Part shown: positions 1-14,400 of the stretch, one piece after another
How positions within the stretch are numbered: position 1 is the first letter of the stretch
How the letters are laid out: each line of letters begins with the position of its first letter
From: Podarcis cretensis
Taxonomy: Eukaryota
Assembly (NCBI GenBank): GCA_951804945.1
Contig: OX638150.1
Coordinates: 2,790,001-2,854,000 of the forward strand
DNA length: 64,000 nucleotides
Reading direction: 5' to 3'
Made by a program: the position numbers and the translations under genes
The notes under the pieces: model-generated
Database searches by the model: none
Seen by the model: the letters and a program-made list of their open reading frames with translations, nothing else
What the model was told of the DNA's origin: nothing

Positions 1-163
1 GCACATCTGGAGCTGGACCAACAGTCTGTGTAGGCCTCCTCTTCCCCCAAAGGCCAGGCAGATGCTGGAGGAGGCAGGTTCACAAGAAAGACACAATGGT
101 GATGTTCACACCTAACTCAGCATCTGGTCGTCAGACACATGTGACATTCGAACACTGAGGATG

Positions 164-305
164 TAGAATCATAGAACTGTAGAGTGGAAAGGGACCACGA
201 GGGTCATCTAGTGCAACCCCTGCAATGCAGGAATCCTTTGCCAAACGTGAGGTTCAAACCCACAACTCTGAGAATAAGTCTCATTTTCTACCAACTGAGC
301 TAACC
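164..305 (-). mobile_element. tRNA-derived SINE with CR1-type 3' tail
   Basis: Minus strand reads tagctcagttggtaga...ggtttgaacctcacgtttggc (tRNA-like head), then a CR1-like end ...ctacagttctatgattcta. Confidence 0.65.
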
Positions 306-707
306 CAGCCATTGTGTTCAGCTGCCAGTAAGTCATACATACTAAGTTTTAAAAATTATATGCTAGTAGTTGTTACAAATCGCTGGCAAAATGAGTTGCA
401 TAGTTCATCATGCATTCTGTAAAAAAGTACTTGTTTCTTTGTCTTAAAAAAGCTGTTAACAATATCAGCACCTGTGTGTTCTCAAGGTGAGAGTGAGTCC
501 ATTGCACAAGCAAACCTCATTCTGTGCACACAAGCTCAGTCGAATCCCACCCTTCACTTCCCCCCTCTTTGTTAGCTTTCCCCTTTTTCTTGTTAAATGT
601 GCAAATAAAACATTAAAAAGAGATTTGTCATAAACTGTTTGCATGTAAAGCACAATGAAGCACTGAGAAAACAGAGCAAGTGAGATAAATTGGTTCCATT
701 AAAAGTA

Positions 708-713
708 TTTATT
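708..713 (-). terminator. Candidate NCKAP1L polyadenylation signal (AATAAA); alternatives at 843-848 and 1282-1287
   Basis: AATAAA on the minus strand followed by U/GU-rich sequence. I cannot tell from sequence which hexamer is used. Confidence 0.3.
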
Positions 714-1916
714 ATTTCTTAAAACCAAGTGACTTTAAATGCATTTTCATATTTGAAAATGTCCAAAGGAAAAAATAAAGTCATATATGATAAAGGTATT
801 TCAGAAAAAAAGATACAAAAGGGTTTAGACAAGGACCATTAGTTTATTTTTGCCCAAAAGAATCAGGCTGGACTTGATGAGCAAGGACTCTTCCAACTCA
901 AAGGCTCAATGATTCTAAGTTATACAACTCTCTCACACCGCTGCCAGCTGGTCTGGCGATAAGGAGAGTGGAGCCACTTTTTGCCTCACCCTGCAGGGCT
1001 CAGCATGGCACCTGAGTAAGCCCTGCTACTCACAAAAACGCAGGCCTTACCTGTCAGCCACACTTCCCCTGGTGGGGCTGCTTATTTGGCTCCATCTCAC
1101 CTCATTGCCACTGAATGGTCCCCATGAAAAGCAAGTGTGCAGCAGAAGAAGAGTATTTTCCAGCTGTCACAAAGTTGCAATTCCCAGGATTTTTCATAAG
1201 GAAGGCATGACAGGAAAGCCAGCTTAAATTTCTGGCATGTGTATGTCTCAATACATTTTTGAGGAGTTGTTGTTGTTATTGTTTATTGACATAGAGCTAC
1301 TGAAGTTTGTGACACTTTGCAGAATGTAAGCTTTAATTTATGTTTTAAAGTTGCGTTTTTGCTGCTAAGGAGCTTACAATCTAAATTTTGACAGGAGGAA
1401 GACAGAAGCAAGAGGAAGATAAGAAGAATGTGAGCAGATATCTTTACTTAGGCTTTGTTGCAGGGGCAACTACTAAGCCAAAAGTGATGGCATGGGCAGT
1501 CCTGGGTTAAATGGGATCTCAACACTGGCAAATGAAATGTGGCATATTTTTAATAAAACCATGAAAGCCGCAAATGGCAGAGCCTGTGGCATCTCTGGCG
1601 CTAATAAGCAGCCTGACAGGGGCTGGCAACTGTCATGCAAGTGGCATACAAAATTAGCATGTTGCTGCCCACTGCTCAGCTTTGTGAACAAGCAATTATC
1701 TAAGCCAAAGCAAGCTCACCAGCAGCTCTTTTGCAGAAACATCTAGAAGTTCGACACTCTTGCCATTAGATCGTAACTTAAGGCACGTAAGAGAAGCACC
1801 AATTCTAACTATCCTCTGCTACCCTGCTTATCTTTTCTAAGGTAGTTCTGCATTTATGTGGTGGTGGGCAGCTGCAGCCTGTGACCTTCTGAGTTATCAG
1901 TGAAGGGAAAAGGTTG

Positions 1917-2042
1917 TCAATGTGTAGGAAGCCGGCTCAAGGCTGAGCTCCTGGAGATCTCTCGGTACGCATTGCGCAGCAGCACGTAAGGGAAGCAGGT
2001 CTCCAGCATATCAGTGGTCAAGAAGGACGACTCCTCCACAAG
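1917..2042 (-). CDS. NCKAP1L: NCKAP1L terminal exon 31, coding part
   Basis: [41 protein letters not shown] then TGA (1919-1917); acceptor ctctttttcag. Confidence 0.93.
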   Translation of the reverse strand, partial: LVEESSFLTTDMLETCFPYVLLRNAYREISRSSALSRLPTH

Positions 2043-5000
2043 CTGAAAAAGAGGCAGGGAAAATGTGTACGTGGTTACCTCGTACTGCCAGCTCGCTTAA
2101 GGGCCGCGGCATGATGCATACTGGGTGCAGAGGATATCCAGATTCTGTACCCCCAAATATATTTTGGATGTTGCCTAATGATACCACCCCAGCCCACCCC
2201 AGAGAGCAGAAGGCAGTTTAAAGGAGGGCTTGTGATATGCACACTCTTCCTGTTTTCATATTTGCTGAACAGGTTTTGGCAGTTTTTGGCAGAGTTTTTG
2301 GCAGAGTTGACACAGCAGGGCAAAAAATGTAGCAAAAGGGAAATGAAACCTGTGTCAAACCACTTTCAACAGTCCTAAAAACTATGGTAAACTCTGCAGT
2401 CTTGCTGTGTTATGATATCTGTTTCTATGACAATTCCACAGGTCCAATGGAAAAACCCCGGAGCCTTGGCTAGGGGCTGGCCAGCTGACATCCTGCAGCT
2501 TGACACCAAGGAGGCAGGTTTCTGAGAGAGGCAAAGTGGGTGGGGAGAGACATCCCATCCCATGATGTGACCACACGTTTCTTCTGATGCACTTTCTTCT
2601 CTCCTTGTACAGATTACACTACTGGTTTATCAGAGGAAAAAGAGGTAAGAGTGTATATACACCACAAGCAGAAAGTCCTCTTTCAAACCTGCCTTCAACT
2701 CTGGAGAGAGGGGAAACCACCATAATATGATCTGCCTTTAGCCCAGGATGTTCAGGTTCTGAATTCCAAATAAATAACACAATGTTTACATTCCCACCTC
2801 TCACTGATATTACAAAAAAAGGTGCTCTTAGTTTGGACAGAATGTCAAACCTCAGGTCTGGCTGCTTTGAGAATCTGGAGTGGTAAGTTGCAACCTCTCA
2901 ACTCCTTGTGATAGGTAGAGAACAAAAAATCAGGGCACATAGAGAGCCCTTTGCATGTGGGAATAAAGCAATGAAGGTATCAGATAACTAGAAGTGCTCA
3001 TGCAGGTCAAATCATCTAACTCCACACCTCAAGGCATCCTGATCGAGGCCTGTCTGGCCTTTTTGTGAAAAGCTCCAAGGAAAACAGATGCCAAAACCTT
3101 CCATGGCAGGCAGATACGTATTGCAATAGCTATCTGCCTGCAATGGGAGGTTGGGGAATCTGTTTTCCCTGGAGCTTTTCACAAAAAGGCCAAGCAGGTT
3201 TGTGCTCTGTGGAATCACTTTCCCCACTTTGAACAGGTCAGAAGCTGGGACACCACTGACCTGCATTTCCAACACATCCCAGCTATCAGCCAAGAACCGC
3301 ATTCCCCCCCCCCCCATCCTGCTAGCAAGCCAAAAGGCAGCAAGGTTCTGCCTAAGCCAGTGTCAGAGGAGCAGCCATCCCAGCCCTCCAATTGGGACAG
3401 AGAGTGAACGCCATGCTGGCCAGCTCCTTCGCAAGCTCCAGATTGAAACATTTGCATTTAAATTGCTTTGCCGCAAAAGCAGTTCGCCTGGCGAATATCA
3501 ATCCCTCCGGGGAATCCAGGCACTCCCTAGCTGAGACGTCTCCTACCATCAGTAGAAGAATCAATAACCATCTCCTGCTGCCACGGGAGCTCCTAATGGA
3601 GATGCATCACCTGCGCTGCTTCAGGTACCAGTGTGTCCTCTTGCTTCTACAGATTGGATCTCTTCACCTGGCCTGAAACCACTAGGCTCTCTCCTCACTG
3701 GAGGCTCCCCTTCAATGGACTACATCTGTGCTGCCAGTTTGCAACAAAAAGCCAACACCACTGGCCTTCGCAAAATGAACGGGCCCACCTGTTCTCCACA
3801 AAATCTTGAGGGTCCTACATCTATCAGCCACTTTCAAAACTGCACCCCACCCATGCCACATGGCTTGGCCCCCTTGCTTGAGCCATGGCAGTTGGCAAAC
3901 TAGCAAGGCATATATTGGATCTGCTCCTTCACCTCCACCATGGTCCTCATCCAGCTGTAGCCTCAGCTTGCCCCCTCTGCTTGGAGGAGTCTGGCTTCCA
4001 GTGTCCAAGAGAATATTACCAGGCATACATTGCCTCACCTACACCTGAGCACGTCAGATAGGTTACCTACAGCATAGTCCTTCTCCGCAGCCTCCGCTAT
4101 ATAACCAGGGCCTTCACCTTTCCATCACCCCTCCTGGGCAGCAGACTTGTCTATTTCTTTAAAATGTAGTTTGCAGCGTTGTGCAAAAGAGAAGGAAATA
4201 TAGAAGAGAAAGGAACAGAAAGTTTGCACCAAGGAGGCTTAATGTTCCCACTAGATGGTTATAGCAGGATGTGTTGTGAGCATTATGGAGGCAAGGCTGG
4301 CTCAGAAGACACTTTGCACATGCACATAAGCAAGAGAGGTGGAAATCATGGGGCTCCATAATGAGAGAAAGAAGCATATTTCAAACATTGAGGCTAAATC
4401 CAGAGTAGGTATCATGATTTCTGCTTGTGGGTGTTAAAATCTTGTGTGTGTCATCCTCATTTATGTGTCATTTAATATGTTTTAAAACCCTACTTATAAC
4501 GCAGTTTAATTTTGTCCTTTTATCAAAGCAGCTCTGTCCCTAGCCAGCCTTGGAAGCAGGGCAAGCCCTGATCTGCTGCCTCTTTGCAAAGCAGCTCCTC
4601 CTCACAGGCTGGAGAAGGGAGCTAGAGGACTTTCCTGCTTCTGGGGCCCCATTTATGCATCCAGACGACTTCCTGCAGACTGATAAAATAAGCTTCAATC
4701 AAGAAAATACTTATCTTCCACCCCTCAAAGCAGCAAAGCACGGTGATGACAGAGATGCAAAGTAAAAAGAGCTCAGCCTAGGCAGCCCTTGGCTGTCGCT
4801 TTGCTACTGAAGAGCCAGCCAGCCTGAGGGGGGCAGAAAAAGCAGGGGAGCCAGGAGCAAGGGAGAGATGGAGAAGCCGCTGTTTCTGCCAGACCATTAT
4901 TATTTTATTTTTAAAGCATGGTGGCAGTTGTTTTTTAAGGCGAAGGGTGTGAGGGGAAAGGGGACACACAGACACACACCTCAGGGGAAAGCAGGAAAAT

Positions 5001-5369
5001 AAAGGGGACGGAAGGAGAGGGCAAGTGGGGAACGAGGGTGGGGGGTATGGACAGGAAACACCCCCCCCCCCAGAAGCGGATCCTGGAGCCTGACCTGCAG
5101 CTACTGTAAATCAAAGCCCTTCCAATATTGAAACATCAATCCCACATTGGCCAACACCTTAAGACACAAGTGAGCAGCAGATCCCGGGGGGGGGGGGGCG
5201 GAGAGGAAGGGAGACAGGCAGACAGACAGGCAGACAGACAGACAGACGGGGGGGGGAGGGAGGGAGGTGAGCAGCAAGATGGAAGGATGCGAAGGCAGGC
5301 AGCAAACCTGGACAGGAGAGGCGGTGGCAGCTGAAGGCCCAATAGCCAACCTGACAGCTGGCAAAGAGA

Positions 5370-5411
<42 letters not shown>

Positions 5412-8400
5412 TATATATATGGAGAGAGAGTTTCTTCCTAGAAAAAAGGTGCTGTACTGTGTACTGTTGTGTACCACCAGAAAAAAAGCACAGGCACCAA
5501 TGTCTATAAAGCATTTTTTAAACATGAAGTGTTTAAAAATAAAGCTATTATTGTTTTTTGCAACATTCACTGATAATTAATTCCATTTTAAAGGTAGAGA
5601 AGGAGAGGACTGAGGTGTTGTCAGGGCGGGACTATGAAGCAGAATGAGCAAGAACACACACACACCAAAAAAGATTTGCATGTTGATTCCTATATGGAAA
5701 GATGCAAGGATTTGAAGCTGCTGCAGGCCCTTCAATCCAGGACCCAAGGATTGCCAGGTGGGCATTCAGGTGGTTTGCTCCTACCCACCTCCAGCCAAAG
5801 GAGGGAACTCTGGGGCCATTTCTAAAGAGCTTTAAGTGTTGTGCAGAAATTAAAAACCAAGGCTGTTAGTACCCATTGGCTCACAATGTAAGGGACACAA
5901 TTCAGAAGGGAAAAGGAAGAAGGGAGAGGGAAAATAGGACAGAGTGGGCTAGCTGATGCTCCCTGATCCTTATAAAAGTTTCTAGATCATCATCAGGCTT
6001 TGCTTGCTTGTCCAACAAGTCTGTGCTCTTTGAAGCTTCTGTTGCTGGACACACACCTGCCTTACTTTGAACTCTAAAGGAGCTGGAACTGAAAAATTAT
6101 ATATGAGTATTCTCATAGGAGGCCCTCTTTTTTCTCATATGAGTGCAATTCAGAGGCAGGGGCGGAGCAGTGTGGGAGCAGGGCTAGTCGCCCGCGCGGT
6201 GAGCTTCCCTAGCCGCCTGCTGCCCGCACGGGGAGGGGCGCCGCTAGCCACCCGCGGCTGCATCGTCCCTAGTGGCCCGCCACCTGCACAGCGAGTGGGG
6301 GGGGGTAATACGGCGATGTCACCCGCCCTCACGGCTGACACCCAGTGCACACCGCACCCCCCGCACCTGCCTTCCTCCGCCAGTGTTCAGAGGAAGCCCC
6401 CCTCCTGTTCAAACTCCTTCCCCTATAGGATACTGACCAAGTGCATGAGGAGTGAAATGGATTCTCTGTTCTTGGTTTTCAGCCGGTCAGCTTCTTGTCC
6501 CAGCTGTAAGAGGCTAACAGAGGCCAGCTAGGAAGACAGGAAAAAGACAATAAAAGCCAAGTCAAACCGCCTGTGGTCAACAGCAGCTAGAGATGGAAAA
6601 TCTTTCTCTAACATAAGCTAGCACAGTTGCAGGCAACCACTTTTTAAAAAAAATTATTTTAATGAAAAGCAGTGGGGGAGGCTGCATTCAAAAAAGAGGA
6701 AGTCCAAAGGTATTGAGATTAGATGCTTAACCCCTGGAGCCATTTTTTTCTGCTGAAAATTGCCTTCCTCAATCTGTTTTTCTCCCCACTAGGAAAAAAA
6801 TTAATTCCACGTGTGGTAAAGCAACTTGGGAGAGAGCATGGGCACAGCCAGAATTTTTGTTAGGGTGGGAGCAGGACTTTTCGGGGGGGGGGCAGAACCC
6901 ACGTAACTGGTCAGTTAGTTAAGTATTTCTATTGTTTTACTTGATGGGGGCAGCTGCTAGTAGCATGCTTAGCTTTGCAAAGGCCCCTCCCTCCTCTACA
7001 GCCAGCATGAAAACACAGGCCGCTAGCCTTCTAAGCAAGTAAAAAGAGTGGGTGCTTACTCCTAGCCAAGGGGGTTGGTGGGTGAGGCATGGATCACTCC
7101 GTTCTGCCTCTGAGAGCACATTGGGCTTTCCATGCTTGTGGTGGTGGAAGAGACTTTTCTTCCTCCACAGCTAAGATGGAAACCAAACTGTCTGGCAGAG
7201 CTGAAATGGAGTGGGCCTGTCTTCTGCCAGCCCTCTCTCTTGCCTGCATGCAGTTCTGGGTCACCTATGACTACCAGATGAGTTGTTAAATACAGGGCTG
7301 ATTTAAAAACAGATTTAAAACAAACAACAGTCAAATGCAGCAACCAAAGAGGTGCATATGCCTCCCCATCCCACCAGATGTGATTAAAATAATGAAAATG
7401 GCTTTTCTTTCTTTAAAACAAAGAACCCTTTAAAAAAATCCCACTGTATTACATGCCAAACAGAAACTGTCGTTTTTCTTCAGAATCTTCATAAAAGCAC
7501 ATTTCTTTTGTGCAGTATGTAAATTTAATCAGCTCCAGTTAAAAGCTAGGGTATCTTTAATTGGTTCACAATCTCAGCAGGAGCACATCTAATTCTATAT
7601 GCCAGAGCTAGTTGCAAAAAGAACATATCTTCCAGGTATTTTTTTGCCATTCCTGTTCTGATAGATCTCCTACACAACAGGCAGAAATTCAAAGAGTGAA
7701 ATGCTTCTCCATCTTTTCACCTCCAGGCCATGGGAAAAGCTATCCTTGTTGAATTTCTGCTTGCTGGGGGAGAGGGGAGGTGACATTCTCCAGGTGCCAG
7801 TCCCCTAACTTCCAATGCACCAGACTGCCTACTATGGGATTTCTGCTGAAATGAGCTGAAAGGAAACGTTTCACCTGGTGTGATGGTGCCAGAAACATGA
7901 TCTGCCATTGCAGCTAATCAACAGATAAATCATACCAACTCCTACAGGCCAGAAATAAGAAAGTGATCATGCTTAGCAGTCCCTCTATCCATCACCCACA
8001 GCCAGCGGGATTGACTCTTCTCATACTGCCAGCCATGGGATAATACAGTTGCGTGATACACGAGCAGCCTTAAATGTTAGCAGGAAGAAAGCTATCTGTT
8101 GGCATCTGCAAGGCCTTGGGATCCATCCCCAATTGAGCACACAGGCAGTTAAAGTCCATGGAGGAGCCAGCAGTAAATTGCAATCATATTCAATCTGGTG
8201 TCTCAGTGCTCCTGGGAGCAATGTATGTGTTGTCTGCCAACTCTGGAAAAATCCTAAGTAGATAATTTGGTCACACCTGTGAATTCGCAGACTGCTTTTT
8301 CCCTTTTTCCTTTTGCACCAAGTGGCAGCCCAGATTATGGGCATTCTCTGTTTCTGGCCAATAGGAGGCAAGAGGCTTGAGACCCTGCTTGCAAGGATAA

Positions 8401-11400
8401 GAAGGCAACAAGCTTTGTGTCTGGCTGTGGCAATGCCCAAGTGGGGTTTCCAGCAGGCCAAAGGGGAAGCGAAGAATGGTCTGTCAAGACCCCAGCAGAT
8501 GTGACAGGTGAGTGGCAATGGATTTTCAGACACACACACACCACAATCAGACCCATATGTAACATTTCCATGGTGACCACAATGGAAGAATACTGTATAA
8601 TTAAAATCAACCAGGAGACTTCAGATCTGCCCACCATGTATAAGTCCACATAGTCTCAGTGTTTTTTCAGCAAATGAAAATGAAATTAAAAAGAAACTGC
8701 TTCTCAGTAATCAACAACTCCTCACTAGCAAGCAAAATTTCAATTTTCAGTAGGCTGAACAGCAAAAGCAAGGAAATATTTTTGTCTTATTATTAGGGCA
8801 TTGAAAAAGACAGGTGGGGGGATCATCTAGTATACCACCTGTACCACAAATGCAGCATATTTAGCTGAATGGCACATTCCTGAGCATTTGTTCAGAACAG
8901 CAGAAGGCATCTGTTGCAAATGCTCCCCTTATCAGGACTCTCAAAAGCCAGGCAAGCAACATTTTTATCGTGCAGTCCCAGGGTGAGTGCTTTTCAAAGC
9001 CTGATAAAAAAGAGACAGATCTTACAGTATGAAAGAAATCCTTGCATCTGATTTTTAAGTTTAGTTCACATGACACAGAGTTCCAGCTTGCACAGGAGCA
9101 TGCCGCTGGAGAGGAAGACGGCAGCTTTTGTTAAAGAGGCAATGATATAACACATTCAGATGTTCAGTGTTCAAAGCATTTCACCTGTATTACCATATTA
9201 ATCCTTACAACAGCGCTGTGAGGTAATCCAGTATGAATAAAGGTAGAGGTAAAGGGACCCCTGACCATTAGGTCCAGTCATGACCGACTCTGGGGTTGCG
9301 GCACTCATCTCGCTTTATTGGCCGAGGGAGCCGGCGTACAGCTTCCGGGTTATGTGGCCAGCATGATTAAGCTGCTTCTGGCGAACCAGAGCAGCGCACA
9401 GAAACGCCGTTTGCCTTCCCACCGGAGCAGTACCTATTTATCTACTTGCACTTTGACGTGCTTTCGAACTGCTAGGTTGGCAGGAGCAGGGACCGAGCAA
9501 CTGGAGCTCACCCCGTCGCAGGGATTCGAACCGCTGACCTTCTGATCGGCAAGTCCTAGGCTCTGTGGTTTAACCCACAGCACCACCCGCGTGCCAGTAT
9601 TGCCCCTTTAATACTGCAGATGAGAATGCTGAGGCTTGTTTAAGACTGCAATCTCATATCCACTTCCCTGGGAGTGTGTGCCATTGAGCACAATGGGCCT
9701 TACTTCTGTGTAGACATGTTATAGGATGGTACTGCAAAGGAGTCTGCAATTAAGCTGAGACTCGAATCAGAAGCTTCTAACATAGTCCATTCTTTTAACT
9801 GTTATGCTACACAAGCTTCTCTCCAGGCTTACTACTTTTGTCTTTGTTTATACAGCACGTCTCATAATTGCAAGCAGTAACATACTGATCGGGACGCAGG
9901 TGGCGCTGTGGGTTAAAGTCTCAGCGCCTAGGACTTGCCGATCGAAAGGTCGCCGGTTCGAATCCCTGCGGCGGGGTGCGCTCCCGCTGCTCGGTCCCAG
10001 CGCCTGCCAACCTAGCAGTTCGAAAGCACCTCCGGGTGCAAGTAGATAAATAGGGACCGCTTACCAGCGGGAAGGTAAACGGCATTTCCGTGTGCGGCTC
10101 TGGCTTGCCAGAGCAGCGATGTCACGCTGGCCACGTGACCCGGAAGTGTCTCCGGACAGCGCTGGCCCCTGGCCTCTTAAGTGAGATGGGCGCACAACCC
10201 CAGAGTCTGTCAAGACTGGCCCGTACGGGCAGGGGTACCTTTACCTTTACCTAGCATACTGATCAAGGTTGAAGGGTTTGTCTGTGGATAGATAACCCCA
10301 ACTATGCTGGGCCCCCAAAGCTCTACATGGTGGTGTTCAATGCATGTTATCGCCCAGAGAAAATCAAGAGCTTCACTTACCATCAGGAATTCCTTGAGAT
10401 GAGTCTCAATGTTCTTGTTGTAGATTGTAAAGAGGGCAGCCGATACTTGGATGATGGCTTTGGCTAGGCAGTGGATGTTGTTGATGAAGCCTATGCGCAC
10501 ACACGGGGGGGGGGGGAGAAACTTACACCAATTCCAAACTTTTTGAGCAGCTAAATGGACCTGGAGACTGGCACTTGTCTATGGAGGTAAGTGCTAGCCT
10601 TGCCCCTCTCAGTTAAGCACTGCCTTGAAGGTGGACACACAACAGAATGGACTGATGCAAACCAGATCCCTTTTCTCCCTGTTACATTCAGGTCTCCACC
10701 TCTCCCACTTTCCTGTGTGGCTCCTATTAAATGTTCCTGGTACCTATGCTTTTGAAACATCAGTCTGGGCTGCTATAAACTGTAGTGTGTGGAGCTATCT
10801 TTAAAGATGGTCCAGAAGCTTAAAGTGGTGCAAAATGCAGCCGTGCTGGCTGATTGGAGCTGTGGCCCAGAGCTGTCTGAAGTTCACTTGTGGGCTACCC
10901 CTGCATTAGGATGAGGGACTTCCTGCCCTGCCCTTTTATCTTGCATAGCCTTATCCTGAGTTCTTCTTTGTGATGAAATGCCGGCCTCCATAGAGATGCA
11001 GACAATGATAGCATTATATCGCAAATCACTAAGCAAAAGGAGGTGCTGATCAGGAAGCTATCACCGCCTGCAGTCACTGTGACTAATACTTGGCAGGCAT
11101 CTCTGGCTTGCAGATTTTCCATGAGTGAGTGGATCAATACCGGAGGTTTGGGGAGGGAGTTGTAAGCCTGCACCTTGCTTCTTACCGTCTATCTCGGTGG
11201 TGTAGACTGAGGAAGGGTCCGTGGCCAGCAGCGGCAGAGACACGGCTACGAAGACCAGCAGCAAGCAGGCAGCCTTGTAGTCCTCCTCTGAGGAAGAGCT
11301 GTCTATCAGGGAGGCAAAAGGAATGATGTATAGGAAGAGATTTCAGTAATAAGCCTGATTTACACTGTTGGTTCCTCTCTCCCCCCAGCTTGGTTGCTCA

Positions 11401-14400
11401 ACAGACTTGACAAAGAAAAAAAAGCCCTAGCAGAAAAAAGGGTGGTGGTTTTTTAGAATTGCAGCAGCTGTGACAGGCCAATAAATTATCTGATGGATGG
11501 AGCTGGTGAGCTGAACAGAACTGACACGGCTTGGCTCCGCTTGAATCGACACGTGTGTGTCGGTGAGACATAGAAGAAGAAACTAAGAGGAAAAGTTCAG
11601 CACTGGCAGTGGTGTGTGGGTGTGGGTGTGTGCAGGGACTCTGGACTACTGCACCTTAGCAGCCAGGAGCTCCCAGCAGCATGGACCATTGAGCGTCTGC
11701 GTCTGACTTGCTTGGATTCGGAGCCTAAGAAACGCCAGCCCACCCCTCTTCCAGCCAGGGAGGATCAGGACAGCACTACTCTTTGACAGCAGCCCTCTTG
11801 CATGGAGAGTAGCCTGGGCTGGCGGGGCAGGAGTGGCGGGGGGAGATATGGTACAACAATTGCCCTGGAAATGTAGCCAGTGACTAAGAGGTAGACTAGC
11901 TGCAGCCACAGAACTATGGCCTCCCAAGGCAGCAAGAAAAACAGTAAGCAAGATTTTTGAGAGGCTGGCCAGCCTTGTGAAAAACCTCTTTTACCAAGAC
12001 AGGTTCTACAGAAGGGAGACTCAGGCCAAGGTTAGAAATGCGCCCCCTCCTGGCATCTCTATTCAGCCCTCCAGACTCTCCCCCAGCCCCTCCCCTCCCA
12101 CCAGTCCTCCTTGAGTACTTTTGCCTTCTTGGAATGGCTCCTTGAGCTGTGAAAATGCTTCTCCCTCGCCTGGATGGAGAGATGTTCCTATTTGTGGACT
12201 CTGCCTTTTCCCTGGCTGCAAAAAGCTGCAGGTCATATCCACTACTAATCCCACTTTTGATTGTAGCCCCACTCATAGCATGCCTGCACCTCTCAAAAGG
12301 ATTCAGACAAGGAAATGCCCCCCCCCCCAGCCTGGTCCTAGAGCATGTTAGGGGATAGCACAGGCTCAGTTTGAGGCCAGCACTGCAGGGAGGCAATTGC
12401 TTGGTTTTGCCCCAGCTAAAAACAAAACTCTGGAACAGACTCCCATGAGAGGTGGGGACTCTCTTTCCTTGAAAGTTTTTAAGCAGGGGTTGAATGGCCA
12501 TCTGTCATGGATGATCTAGTTGAGATTCCTGCATCGCAGGGGGTTGAACTAGATGATCTCAGGGTCCCTTCCAACTCTACAATTCTATGATCCTTAGTGA
12601 TTGTAGATGCAAAGCTGGGAAGAGAAGAGGAGTGAAAGCAGAAACTACAAGCAACCAAAGACTGGAGTTGAGAGCGATGATACTTCCGGGTTAGCACCTT
12701 CGGCAATAGCGGAATTCCCCTGATCGGGAGGAACTTGCTCTGTGGAATTCAGGNNNNNNNNNNNNNNNNNNNNNNNNNNNNNNNNNNNNNNNNNNNNNNN
12801 NNNNNNNNNNNNNNNNNNNNNNNNNNNNNNNNNNNNNNNNNNNNNNNNNNNNNNNNNNNNNNNNNNNNNNNNNNNNNNNNNNNNNNNNNNNAGACCCACT
12901 AAAAATCGCAGGCAGGAGAAGCCTGTGAACGTGGGATTCAGCTGCCACCTTTTGCGCCTCCCCTACTCGCGGGGAGACCCGGTTTCGGGGATCTGGAGCG
13001 ATGTGGGATGAGCGGCGCAGTGCTTTGAATTGACTGCTTCTTTCACGGAGTGAAGCCGCATTGCTGTTGCCGGAGAGCGCTGACTTTTTCCTGTGGACAA
13101 TTTGATTCTAAACAACTACCCGTGAGTAGAACGGAAAATTGGATTATTAAACGTCTTAATTTGGCACCGAAACGGGGAGGCTTCAAACAGGAAGTCCGCC
13201 TTCCCCTTTTGTAAATAGATTGAAGCAAAGAATTTGCAAGCTAAAGTCTTGGAAAGTCCTATGTAAAGGATTAAACTTCCATCGGCTAAAATAGTTAAAC
13301 ACCCCTTGGAGGCAGGAGAAGAGGGGGGAAATTTGGGATCGCGTAAGCCTGCAGGAGAGTGAAGAAAGTTGGATCACCACCGCTCTGAACCTGGAAATGG
13401 ACTGCTAGTAAGACTGACGTTTTTGGGAAAGTTCATTGACTGTGACAGTTAGTTAAATAAGAGAAATACATTGCTTTCATTGTCTCCTTCTGCGTTTAAA
13501 AAGGAGTAAAAGTAGCTGAAAATTGAAACTAATTTTACTGCTTGAACTGTGCTTAAAAGGATTGATACAAACAGAAATTGTTTCCCTCTAGAGGGAGCCT
13601 TTGAAATTGTTACAAGAGTTGGGCTGGTGGAATCTCCAGCTGCAAGAGAAAACCGTGAGATTGACCTTGGATTGCTTGAGAATGTCGACAGAAGAAGCCT
13701 TAGTGATTGCACTATGCAAAATAAGTGAGTCATTGGAACAGCTCCATAAGAAGACGGATGCGATGAATATTAAAATTGATATTTTGGGACAAAAAGTGAC
13801 TAATTTGGGACAAAAAGTGAACATCTACACAGAAACTATTCAGGAATCGATACAGGAATCTACTTTGACATGCCAAATGGTGGAGAAAGCGAGGGAGAAA
13901 GTTGTGGTTGTTGAACCTAAAGTAATACAAGTGGAGAGGGAGAGAGCTCCAGCCTTACAGAGGCAACTTGATGATTACAAGTTGTTGCCCTCTATGATTG
14001 AATTCAGAGAAAGTCAGATTGGAACACTGCTTGGACTGGAGAAGGAAAGTTGGACAGATCACCTCATGCAGGGATTTACTGACCTTTGGGATCTGGACCT
14101 GGGTCAGGAGGAGATTGGAGTTGTGGGGACCTGCAAATTTGGAGGGACTTTGAAACACGTCCTGAAATATCTTTTGGATTTTAGTTTTAACCACGGAGAT
14201 GTGGATGACATGTCAAGAAGGAATAAAAACATTGTTAGGTTGGAGCTCCCCCGAGACCTACTCTTCAGCATCAAACAAAGGAAATTAAGAACAAGATCAG
14301 CAGAAGACAAAGTAAAGTGTATGTATAAATACGAAGATGATTTGCAGAAGGGACCTGGAAAAGAGTTAAGAGCCTCGGACAGAAGATCACCAGGTTGATG

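Noticed and set aside
5428-5493. hAT-like end next to the CUX-like fragment, suggesting transposon capture
   Set aside because: I found no matching opposite TIR or TSD on the other side. It looks like a short independent remnant.
5101-5570. Cys/Val-rich and Pro-rich ORFs
   Set aside because: Translations of (CA)n, (GACA)n and G-runs. Only the terminal CUX-like codons are meaningful.
12645-13011. ORFs containing X runs
   Set aside because: Artefacts of the assembly gap.
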